A stretch of DNA of 63,092 nt, filler included, from Octopus bimaculoides (taxonomy: Eukaryota): NCBI RefSeq assembly GCF_001194135.2. It is 7 parts of 7 records of this genome, joined end to end, with 100 filler letters (N's around TTAATTAATTAA, not from the genome) between each part and the next. Parts side by side here need not be neighbours in the genome. Positions count along the whole stretch, not along the records: positions 1 to 25,262 come from NC_068982.1; positions 25,363 to 43,517 come from NC_068981.1; 5 more parts are not named here. One strand, written 5' to 3'. Every line of letters starts with the position of its first letter. Positions within the stretch are counted from its first letter, which is position 1. Below the pieces are notes generated by a model. The model was not told where the DNA came from, did no database searches, and worked only from the letters and a program-made list of their open reading frames with translations. Shown piece by piece: positions 23,482 to 35,289 of this stretch. The translations under genes and the position numbers were made by a program.

Positions 23482-24580
23482 TTGTTACACACTGAACTCC
23501 GCATAATTTTACTGTTCCATTCAAGCATTCTATCCACAAAATCTAAGTTAGCCGGCTCTTTCTTTGATTCAAAACCTCACCTTTTCCAGGCTATCGATTA
23601 GGTGTCTGCTAACATAAGCAAGTGCACCAGTGATTATCGATAAAAATGTTAATTTATAATCAGGTGTGGAGAAGCTGAGGGTTTCGATGTAGTTACCCAA
23701 GAATATCCTCCTTGTTGATTTTAGATAAGATGGTCACATCTGAAGGGCAGCTAATCTCTAACCATTTAGTAGAATTTTTGACGTGTATATTTCACACATA
23801 TTCCTTGTGTTGATGAATATATATTCAATAACAGAGGTGTTGTTTATAATATTGTGATACAGTAGTCGTTTAATGCCACCTTGACGTTTCTGTGTAGCTG
23901 CTGGTTGTATGAATTATGTCCTCCATGGAAGAGTGACATGATTGACATTTGCAGTTGCCTCTCCGGCTTTTAAGATCTTCGCTGTCTCTTCTGCTCATTA
24001 GATATTTCGTAGATATCTTCTGCTCTTGGATTGCAAAAGCGTACCTTTTGAGATGTGATATGATGTAACCGTCACAAATCTCAGAGAATTCATGTTAATA
24101 TTATGTTAATATTTCAAATTTTACCGACTCCGAAAGAATGAAAGTCAAAGTCGACTTCGGTGGAATTTGAACTCGATGTAAAGAATGACAAAATGGCGCT
24201 AAGCATTTTTCCTGGCGTGCTAACGATTCTGCCAGCTCGCCATCTTAATTCATGTTGATATTTCGTCCTTTCCAGATTTATGAGAGCCATAATCATGCAT
24301 AATCGTTTTGTATTATGCAGTGTGCTTCTCTTTCAGATCTTTGCTGAGATATGCCAGCCCTGCAGGTCTGGTTAGGTATAAAAGGTCATCAAAAAGTCAA
24401 TGTTTCTTGAGAAGTTGACTATCTAATTGCAGAATATTAGTAACTTCGTTTTTAAGTACTTGGTTGATATATTAATTTTTATTGCTATTGTTTAGCCAGG
24501 TACTCTCTGTGTGCTAAAATACGACGCTCGAGAGCTATCTAAACTGATCTTCAGCCTCTACCTCTCTTTTTTATTGTAAG
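23482..24580 (-). mobile_element. R4/Dong-like RLE non-LTR retrotransposon 3' portion (RT thumb, zinc knuckle, RLE), decayed, with a nested SINE B
   Basis: Reverse-strand relics in order: KRGRG*RSV*IALERRI (GGRGL thumb); YAFAIQEQKISTKYL; CKCQSCHSSMEDIIH (CCHC knuckle); EISCPSDV; PDYKLTFLSIITGAL; GTVKLC, then a stop. Confidence 0.85.
24116..24243 (-). mobile_element. SINE family B inserted into the RLE element
   Basis: Matches the family B head and body. Flanked by near-duplicated aattcatgtt(a/g)atatt. Confidence 0.8.
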
Positions 24581-24589
24581 CGCCTATCA

Positions 24590-24600
24590 ATGTTTCTGCT

Positions 24601-24636
<36 letters not shown>

Positions 24637-24872
24637 TGTGTGTGTGTGTGTGTTTGATGACCGTTGTTGATTTATTTACATCCTTGTAACTTAGCGGTTC
24701 TAGAAAAAGATACCGACAGAATAAATACCATACTTTAAAAAAAAAAAGCAGTAGCGAATAAATACCAGACTTAAAAAAAAAACAGAGGTCGATTTGTTCG
24801 ACTAAACTCTTCATGGCGGCACCCTTGAAAGGTGGCAGTCCAATGACTGAAACAAGTAAAACAGGTAAAAGA
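24590..24872 (+). mobile_element. SINE family A, 3' half
   Basis: (TG)n, then gtaacttagcggttc...aatgactgaaacaagtaaaa. Confidence 0.75.
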
Positions 24873-24887
24873 TATATATCCTCCTCG

Positions 24888-25020
24888 TTGATTTTAAATA
24901 AGATGTTCATGTTCACATTTGAAGGGCAGCTAATCTCTACGTACTTAGTAGTATTTTTGATGTGTATGTGTCACCTATATTCCCTGTGTTGATAAGTATG
25001 TATTCAAGAACAAAGGTGTT
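24888..25020 (-). mobile_element. Second fragment of the same RLE element (EISCP region)
   Basis: Aligns with 23705-23850 (tcctcc.tgttgatttta.ataagatg...tgaagggcagctaatctcta...). Confidence 0.75.
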
Positions 25021-25262
25021 ACTTATTTACTCATTTACTCATTTACTTGTTTCAGTCACTTGACTGTGGCCATGCTGGAGCACCGCCTTTAGTCGAGCAG
25101 ATCGACTCCAGGACTTATTCTTTAGATGCCTAGTACTTATTCTATCGGTCTTTTTTGCCGAACCGCTAAGTTACGGAGACGTAAGCACACCACCATCGGT
25201 TGTCAAGCGATGTTGGGGGGACAAACACAGAAACACAAATATATACGCATCCATACATACAT
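25021..25262 (-). mobile_element. SINE family A, 3' half ending at a gap
   Basis: tacttgtttcagtcacttgactgtggccatgctggagcaccgcctttagtcgagc. Confidence 0.85.
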
Positions 25263-26639
25263 NNNNNNNNNNNNNNNNNNNNNNNNNNNNNNNNNNNNNN
25301 NNNNNNTTAATTAATTAANNNNNNNNNNNNNNNNNNNNNNNNNNNNNNNNNNNNNNNNNNNNTATATGGATATATAAATATATAAATATATATATATATG
25401 AATATATTAATATATATATGCATATATGTATACATATGTATATATATATACTTATGAATATGCGTATATAAATATATATATATAGAGAGAGAGAGACCGA
25501 GTGGGAGGGAGGGAGACATAGGGGAGACAGGAGAAGAGAGAGAGGTGAGAGAGTGTGAGAGGGTGGGATTAGTTTTATAATAACAGGAAGCCGATGTCAC
25601 TACAGAATTTCATTTAAGATTATGATCGTTTCCAACTGGAAGAAGAAAACATTCATCACTATACCTCACTACTCATCACTATATACTAAACATATTGGTT
25701 ATGCAAATCCATACAGTATTCAACTAATAAAGAGAAAAATAATTAAACTTAACAATGTGCCATTCTCATGAACCCTTATGTTTATTATAGTGGATTTCAA
25801 GAGTTTCCAAAGGGCAACGAAATTGGAGCTGCATAGTATCAGTGCTATTATCATTAAGACATTTTTTTTCCTTAGAGACAATTCAGTAGATAGAGATTGT
25901 AAATAATAGACATATTATTTACAATCTTTGATTTGGTCTAAACTCTCCACAACACTGCCTAACATATAAAGAAGACATGAAGTTTAAATGCACCCTTGTA
26001 CTGTGAATAGAGAGTAAAGAAATTCTCTACTATACGGTTATTACCATATTAATAAAGTGATTGTAACGGAAGAATAGTATGCATATAGTTTGATATAAAG
26101 GAAAATTTTGAAAGTAGCTATATGATAAAACAAGAACGGTTATCTTGTACGTCGTAATGTGTATATATATCTCCTATTTCTAATGTTACATCTGTATTAT
26201 AAAAGGTTTACATCAATCAAGCTGGATTAAATTAGGTGCAGTATTGAAGTTATTGCTTGAAGGGGTATGTTAAAGGGATGATTCAAGTAGAAAAATACAG
26301 AATTCATAAAAAGAGAACATAGGCATTACATAGTTGAATTGCTTTATGGAAGATTTTTTATATAGAAATTTTAAGAAGGTTTTATTAGATAAATGTGCAA
26401 TACTAATTCATATCGATCTAAATTCAAAAGCTAGTTTACAAACGAATGCTATATCATTTTAATACGAAAGAAGCAAAAATCATCTTGAATCAATTCAAGT
26501 TCGTGTTAACCACGTAGATAAAACACGGGAGATCATATGCGCAACCGAGTAACTATCCAGACAGCAACTATCATTCACGTGATAACTTATCCAACTCACC
26601 TAGAAGCTACCATAAATAGACTATAAATAAAGTTGATTT

Positions 26640-27070
26640 TTAGTGCCCTTTGCGGATGTGTCGTAGACATCAAGCAGGGTGACGCTTTCCACTCTCGGCA
26701 ACTCCACTGTGTTCTTGATCGCGTTACCAAATCACATTCCTTGCCACTTATGTTAATGACTAGAAGCTCGACTCATTGCGATTGCAAGGCAGAAAATATC
26801 TCATTGGCCATGAAAACTCCTTACAATTGCTGACCCCGACGTGATTTGATGGGAAAGGAATGTATATGTTTAGGCAGTGCGTTGTTCCTATATAAATCGA
26901 GGAACCTTATTAATTTTCGAGTAAATCTTTCGTTGCTTTTATGACTGCCGTTTTTTAGCGTCGAAGTTGACGTTAATATTTGCTTGTATATATGTGTGCG
27001 AATGTTGCTGGAACGTATTGCAGAGTGGTAAGTGAATCCATCTCCTCCCGAGGCGCTGGAAATATTCAAT
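26640..27070 (+). promoter_or_regulatory. CpG-rich promoter-like island with a candidate first exon
   Basis: About 20 or more CpGs in about 430 bp against a CpG-poor background. ATTGG (reverse CCAAT) at 26803-07, TATATAAA at 26889-96, ATG at 27002 (MLLERIAE-TG), consensus donor GTAAGT at 27028-33. Confidence 0.45.
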
Positions 27071-27345
27071 TGTACGTCAAATTTCTACATTTATTCCAAG
27101 CAAATCTCTTCACATTTGGCAGTCATGTTTATAGTCACAAGGGAAAATAGTGAAGCGGAATATTTGGTTCATCAAAATGGCTTACTCTTTGACAATGTTT
27201 ATTTCTTTGAAAGATTTTGTATATATGTGTGTGCGTGTGAGTGCTTGAGAGAGAGATGGAGAGAGAGAGTGGCTGTGTGTAAGTGTGTGTGCCAGCGTGT
27301 GCGCATGTATGTATGCATGTATAGGATTGTGAGTGTTTGCATTTA

Positions 27346-27384
<39 letters not shown>

Positions 27385-28009
27385 NNNNNNNNNNNNNNNN
27401 NNNNNNNNNNNNNNNNNNNNNNNNNNNNNNNNNNNNNNNNNNNNNNNNNNNNNNNNNNNNNNNNNNNNNNNNNNNNNNNNNNNNNNNNNNNNNNNNNNNN
27501 NNNNNNNNNNNNNNNNNNNNNNNNNNNNNNNNNNNNNNNNNNNNNNNNNNNNNNNNNNNNNNNNNNNNNNNNNNNNNNNNNNNNNNNNNNNNNNNNNNNN
27601 NTATATAACTATATATATATATTGTATCTTTATATAGATTTATATTTCTCATGTTTATGTTTATTCCTTGAATGATTTTAGGTATTTTCTTAGGGATTTG
27701 ACCTGGAGAGTGACTGATTTTGGGAGTAAAATCATTTCCCCGTTCTAATAAACTCGGATAGAATTTGCTTATGATTTTATATAGTCCTATTTCAGCCATG
27801 AAACGCGCGTATTCTATGTACTAGCACTAACTTTTATACCTTTATACCTCCATACTGTATATTACCGTATTAATTTTTACTGTCCAATGTATAAATTTGA
27901 CTTTTAAATTTTTTAAAGTTAATATTTCTATGATTTATTTCTATGATTTATATGGTTGATTTATGTAATATAGTATTTAACTAAAATTTTAGATTGACAT
28001 CTTAGATAT

Positions 28010-28650
28010 ATTAAGATGGTATATACCTCACAGCATAAATTTGGACGGGTTGTGAGTTGACTGAGTTGTAGTGTGGGGTTTAGTATAACACTTGATGCCA
28101 AAGTTTGGTGCAACCCCTATAGGATATTCCATACGTATATGACTGCATACCCCTCTCATCTTTGTTCCAGGGAGTAGAGACGCAACTCTTTCAATCTCTA
28201 GCAGTAGCTCAGCTATTCCACTGATGCAATCTTCCTGGCATAGAATCGCTGTACTGCTTCAGGTTCTGCTATTAATTTGACACTGTAGGGTGACCACGGT
28301 TTAGTGCTGTAGCTCAAGTAGCCTGAGTGGGCTGAGTACAAATATTCTCCATCAGACTAGCATAGTTTGCTCGTCTCATGTTCTGCAGACTCTCAGAATC
28401 CATCCGGCAATTCGCTTGCACATCGGCACCATCTTGGTGTTACGTATGGGAAACGAGGTGTCGTTGCTCATATCGATCTCCAGATCACACATTGTGCTTG
28501 ACTCTGGAATTGCTTCTAATTTTTGGTCCAAAGTACTCTTGTTACAGCATGAGATCACTAGCTATATGATAGTGAAGGGCTTGGAATTTACTTGCATTAA
28601 AATACATTCTGTTTTCTTTAACCCATTCATAAAAGGCATTTAGGTCTTTT
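28010..28650 (-). mobile_element. CR1-clade LINE 3' RT fragment
   Basis: Reverse translation with frameshifts: EWVKENRMYFNASKFQALH...PESSTMCDLEIDMSNDTSF...CKRIAGWILRVCRT...LKELRLYSLEQR.ERYA. Confidence 0.8.
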
Positions 28651-31468
28651 TATAGAATATTAGCTACTAACAGGTGCTACTCCTCCAAGTTATAATAGAC
28701 TCTGGAATAATCGGTTACCACACTCCACAAAACCCTACACCTCCCTAACCAGGGCCCCACCACAAAATGTAATTTAAGCGTTATGCCCAGGACATAACAA
28801 ATACTATGTCTAGCAGTAACAGTCTGTGTCGATATTTTTTCATCTGTGTATATATTTTCAAAATAAAAAAATAGAATACTATATATAGTCACGTGAGAAT
28901 TAATATTTTCTCAAAATGATTTACAATTGTATCCATGCTTTGCACACCAATATCGACTCAATAAAACATCCATATATGTGTCATAGCTGATGCCAATTTG
29001 ACAACGCTATGAAAATTTTATGACAATGCTTGTTCATAAGCTATATTACTTAGATTTCATATTTTTATGCATACACACACCTATACATTCCAATAATCTG
29101 CAGTAGCAGCTGCGAAAGACATCTAAATAGTAATCTTTCCGCCGCGAATCAGACCATGAATGTAAACTGAAATCCGATTGCTTGATTGTAAAAGCGATAG
29201 TAACGTGATTAGTGAAATAGCAATATCAATCCGACACACAAATCAATCAAAAGTGTATATACTACTATATAATCATTTGATGAGAAATGTTCCTTACGAT
29301 GACTTTTGATTAACAATTGTAGTTGTGTATTTTGACAAGCTCAGCAACGACCACGTGTGTCTCTGTGAGTGTGTAAATATACATATATACGTGCGTAGAT
29401 ACGTAAATACGCACACACACACACACACATATATATATATACATATATGCACACACATACACTCACATATTCTCCTTTGATATTCTATACATTTCTCTGA
29501 GCATCGAAGATGTAGCATGATCAGCATCGTGATTTCATTGGTGATTTCACACAAATTGCTCTGATACAACTTCCCTAATATGACGTAATTTGATTTCTAT
29601 ATGACAAACAGAACTAGCCACATCTATTGCAATATCTCTAAATTATATGACGTATCTGTCTGATGACCTGGCCTTTATTCATGTCCATTTTTATCCTTTG
29701 GTATGAATAATAATTACGCGCCAAGCTGATACAGTTTAGATTTATTTACGTTGTTATGCATACTTCTGCTTATACTCTCACACAGATGCGCAAAATACGC
29801 AGAGAGATACACTGACATACATAGATATACACATTCAAACATACAGGCATCCTATATACACACACACGTATATATATATATATTTATACACATGTAGATA
29901 CAATGACATTTAGATAAATATATAGATACATACATACAAACATTCTCCATTGGTAAAAAATCTTGAAATAAAACTGAACAATGACATACATACATACATA
30001 CATACATACATACATACATACCTGTCAGACTGATTATATGAGCATTATTTTGTTTTTTCTGGGGTTTTTTTTTTTCAGGACAATAATCTCATGCAATTCT
30101 CCTATCATATATATCAGGCTTAACATATATATTATACATTTTTCTATATCAGTCGCCAATGTGTTTCTCGAAGACCACATTTCCAGTGCTTTAATCCGCA
30201 ATGATATAAATCAATCTTTTTTAACGAATAGCGGAATATACTTAATTATTAGCAGATTCACGCCGTATATATAATGAAATTGTACGGTATGAAATATATG
30301 GAATATCTACCAATATGTATTTGGGATCCTAGCATATAATATTATTCAACTTCGTAAATTGGAATCTTTAATGCTAATAGTGAAGAGCAAATCTTTTTCC
30401 CAGCATGCTTTAAAATAGTAGAAAGCAATCTGGCGAAAAATACATTAGAGGTCACACCATTGGACCAGCCATTTTTCAGAAAGTGCTACGAATTAAGCAT
30501 ACCAAGTATATTCGAAGCATTCAAAGTAAAAGTAAAAATTCGTTTCACACAGTGATTGATATTTTCAGCTTAATCAGTAGCGAGACGACTGTAACGTATG
30601 TTAGTCATGTGTTATTGCACACCAGTGGAATTAATGCGGTGCACATAGAAAATATTTTACGCTCTGTACGTTTTAGGTTCGGTTACTATTTTATCCCTCA
30701 TGTATACCAAATAGCATTTACGTGGTTAAACATCTTCATTTTATTTGTCATTTAAAAATAGTAATAAGTGTGATATGATAATATAATAAATAATAGTATT
30801 GAGAACATAATTTTCTAATTTCCCATTAACTGAATTGATAGAATTTATTTCTATATTTGGAAAAAAAAAAATACTTATATTTCTTTTAATTTGTTCGAAG
30901 TGAATTATATCACAATATAGTGTCTATTTAAAACTGATGTCCATTTAGGTTCAAGAAGGATGTTAGAAAATTCTGCAATGTATAGAGCGGCTAACCGAAC
31001 CATGATAATTACATCTATAGTAGTCCTTTACTTATATTTCTAAATTCGAAATTAAAATACGAATACATACAATCTCCTGTACAATATAACAAATATAAAA
31101 GGACGAATTTCTTTTGATATGCTTGTATGTACGTATATGCGCGCGTAAATTTCATTTGTATTCTATAAATGTATATTAACCTCTGATGCTGTAACAGTTG
31201 ACCCAGAGAATACGGAATTATGTATGAAATAAATTGTAATGAAACGAAATTATTGCCCCACTTCACTTTTATTTCTAAACCAAATTAATTTTATTTCAGC
31301 AGAAACAACTTCTAAATCTGAGTTAAGACTAATAATTCAAAACATACTTGCTTTCAGTGTGATAAGGTAGAAAAATAGAAGAATATTTTGAAGTACTACA
31401 GAAGATAAAGACACATTAATGTATTAGACTGTGATAGAATTACCTAGTGTCTATATACATACATACAA

Positions 31469-31525
<57 letters not shown>

Positions 31526-32415
31526 CATACATATGTGTGTATACATATATATACATATACATATATATGTACACACAAATATATATATATANNNNNNNNN
31601 NNNNNNNNNNNNNNNNNNNNNNNNNNNNNNNNNNNNNNNNNNNNNNNNNNNNNNNNNNNNNNNNNNNNNNNNNNNNNNNNNNNNNNNNNNNNNNNNNNNN
31701 NNNNNNNNNNNNNNNNNNNNNNNNNNNNNNNNNNNNNNNNNNNNNNNNNNNNNNNNNNNNNNNNNNNNNNNNNNNNNNNNNNNNNNNNNNNNNNNNNNNN
31801 NNNNNNNNNNNNNNNNNNNNNNNNNNNNNNNNNNNNNNNNNNNNNNNNNNNNNNNNNNNNNNNNNNNNNNNNNNNNNNNNNNNNNNNNNNNNNNNNNNNN
31901 NNNNNNNNNNNNNNNNNNNNNNNNNNNNNNNNNNNNNNNNNNNNNNNNNNNNNNNNNNNNNNNNNNNNNNNNNNNNNNNNNNNNNNNNNNNNNNNNNNNN
32001 NNNNNNNNNNNNNNNNNNNNNNNNNNNNNNNNNNNNNNNNNNNNNNNNNNNNNNNNNNNNNNNNNNNNNNNNNNNNNNNNNNNNNNNNNNNNNNNNNNNN
32101 NNNNNNNNNNNNNNNNNNNNNNNNNNNNNNNNNNNNNNNNNNNNNNNNNNNNNNNNNNNNNNNNNNNNNNNNNNNNNNNNNNNNNNNNNNNNNNNNNNNN
32201 NNNNNNNNNNNNNNNNNNNNNNNNNNNNNNNNNNNNNNNNNNNNNNNNNNNNNNNNNNNNNNNNNNNNNNNNNNNNNNNNNNNNNNNNNNNNNNNNNNNN
32301 NNNNNNNNNNNNNNNNNNNNNNNNNNNNNNNNNNNNNNNNNNNNNNNNNNNNNNNNNNNNNNNNNNNNNNNNNNNNNNNNNNNNNNNNNNNNNNNNNNNN
32401 NNNNNNNNNNNNNNN

Positions 32416-32704
32416 TTTATTGTGCGAAAACACCTAAAGCCCCACGAGGCTCCGGCAGGCGATGGTGCCGAACCCTGCTCTACTCTTTCACCACAACTTT
32501 CTCTTACTCTTATTTCCCGTTGTGCCTGTAATTCAAAGGGTCAGCCTTTTCACACTGTGTCACGCTAAATATCCCCGAGAACTACGTTAAGGGTACACGT
32601 GTCAGTGGAGTGCTCAGTCACTTGCACGTTACTTTCACGAGCAGGCTGTTCCGTTGATCGGATCGACTGGAACCCTCGACGTCGTAAGCGACGGAGTGCT
32701 AACA
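32416..32704 (+). mobile_element. SINE family C, 3' part (head lies in the gap)
   Basis: Colinear with 40354-40744; ends cgacgtcgtaagcgacggagtgct. Confidence 0.85.
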
Positions 32705-35289
32705 CACATATATACACGTGGCTATATATACTTGGTCTTCATTGTCTTCTTACATTATAGCCATATGTTGTATATCTTTTAGATGTCTAAAAATATGTAA
32801 CAGGTAGATTTACATGTTCTTCAAAAGCAAAGTTAGAATGGAAGAAGTGATAATACAAATTCGATGACTTAACTTATATCTAAAGCTTTTGGTAGCTGCA
32901 GAAATACTATGACATTTTTTGAAAAAAAATTGAAACACTGATTGAAAATGTAAATATACAGATATAAAAAATATTTAATTAAAAAATGAAAATGGTAAAA
33001 TACTCCAGTACAAAGCAATAGGATAGGACATGGAATAGAGGTAAGTTTGACTGAATAGATGTAAGTGTGACATAGTAGGTTAGTGTGACTGAAAGGAGAA
33101 CATTTTTAATTTAGATATAATAAGTATTAAAGTTGCCTATATTATTACAATTCGAGTTGAGGGATACTAGTGAGGGAGGTAGAAGCGTCTTCAACAAAAT
33201 TCAAATTCATCACAAAAAGCCCGATACAGGAATTGAAGACAACATATCTGCTATGATTCGCCCGTTAAGCTTCTAGTTGGTACACACAAACAAAATTCTT
33301 CTTCTCCCTTCGCGAAAAATATTTACTATTCTAACACATTTATTTAAAAATATTAAATATGAATATTTTAAAAATCATTTTGTTCTACGGGACTCAAATT
33401 AAAATGCTAAAAAGCTATTCTTTCATCTAATATTCCTTAATACATTTCCATCTAAAAGAAACGGCAATTGTACCAGAACTTCTCCATGTTAACTCAGTTG
33501 TAACTATCTGATAAAAAACACTGTTCACAAAAGTAATCACTACCATTTTTATACCGTATTAAAGCTGCCTTATTGCGAAACCCTATCAAAAGTGATATAG
33601 CCAGCACAGAGTTTCTGCTCCACATGTCACTGGAGGAAATAACATTCCACTTTCATATTTAGGAAAGAAAAACTAAGAATATATTTACACACAGTAAAAC
33701 GTAACATTTAAGTCAAACTCAGCAATTCTAAGAAGATTTGTTGAATGTATTCTTAAAATTTCTGAGAGTTCGGACAAGTCAAAGTTACTCTAATACAGAT
33801 GTGTTCCTAAACATATTCATGTCACTATACTTCTTTTTAAAATATGAACAGACTTCAAATCGATCCTTACCGTTCATGACATTCATGTTTCTAATACTAC
33901 TTCAATGCGTCTTTCTTCTCAATAATACTTGAACAAACGTAACGTAGGATCACTGTACCAACATAAACTTACAGTTATTTCTATGATAAACATTTCACAA
34001 AGAAACATATTCTAAACATCAGTGAGTAACTTACACTTTTTAAAAATTTTCCACTTGCAGTTTTGCGCTATATCAACCACTAAACAACTACACGCTCATG
34101 CTATTTGTTTCATGAGTTATGCAATTTTCTTATTTTTCTGCCAATGGCGTTCATTTTACTTCTGACATTTTACCTTGCCAATTCAGATCTACGTTTCCTT
34201 TTCCCCTCATTTTCCGTTCCGCATATTTAATTATTTACCTTTGCTCATGTCACTTGATACTTCCTTTTTTAGTCGCTTATTTCATTTTATTTTCCTTATC
34301 AATATACTTTCAATTTCGTTTTTATTCTGCATTTGTTTATCTATTACTATCTAATTTCTACCCATTTTCTTATTCTGTGCTTGTTGATCTGTTTCCACTC
34401 CAGTTTATTTTCTTTCTTCAACAAGAACACAATCGTCTAGCACATTTATAGGTTACAGCATTGCTTAAAGTATTGCTTATAGTATTTGCTTATACAAACC
34501 TCCATCCTTCATTTTCGTTATTTATTTTACGCTGCTGGCTTTTCCTATGTCCTCTCCTGATCCTCACTCGTGTTTCAACGATTCAGTCCGCTATAAGCCA
34601 TACTATTTGTATAGCCACTCCTAAGCAACAAAATTATACGCATCAATCTATAATATAATTGGAGAAACATGTTTAAACCATCAAGTGTTCAAAATGTTCA
34701 CAGACATTTTAATGAGTTTCACAAAAATAGATAGTAATATCAAAGTAAATGTCCTGAGAAGATCATAACAAACGTACATTATTTAAAATTCAGTCATATT
34801 GAGTTTTTATAGAACAACTGGAGAAGAGAGAGAGAGAGAGTAAAAGTCTTTTTTTTTTTTACAATATCTGTCGTGGTGCGTGTAATACATTTTTGTTTTC
34901 AACTTCAGTCTTAGTGTACTAGTTTCTTCACATTTCACGGCTTTTTGGAATCGGAAGATATTTTGTGTATATATATGTCTTCAGAGGAAAGCATCTGATT
35001 TCTGATTGCTGTAAGTTTCATGGCGTCACTTTATTTTGATAAAAAATATTGTCCGTTTCAGACAATCTGTCTTGTTTCGGTCAGCTTCTGCTTGGTTGTC
35101 TTTCCTCTAAGGAGTTGGTAATTAGTTCCGGTTTTTAGGTTCCCTTAAGAAATCAGTGTGGTTCTTTTTTTTTTTTTTTCTTAATGGATGTGCAGTTCTG
35201 ATTGGAGGGAAATTTGCATTGGTCTTGTCCTAGTTGACGTCAGCAACTGGTGTTTCAGAAGGCGTATGGGGTTATTGTATAGCAATTTG

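Noticed and set aside
25307-25318. TTAATTAATTAA islands in the middle of N runs (also 43562, 46016, 48777, 50913, 61186)
   Set aside because: The identical palindromic 12-mer has stops in all six frames and is always flanked by about 44 N on each side. It is an assembly or annotation spacer, not a biological repeat.
34930-35090. CTGAAGA...GAAA on the minus strand, 3' of the Penelope ORF
   Set aside because: Spacing and pairing do not give stems II and III, so it is not counted as a hammerhead.
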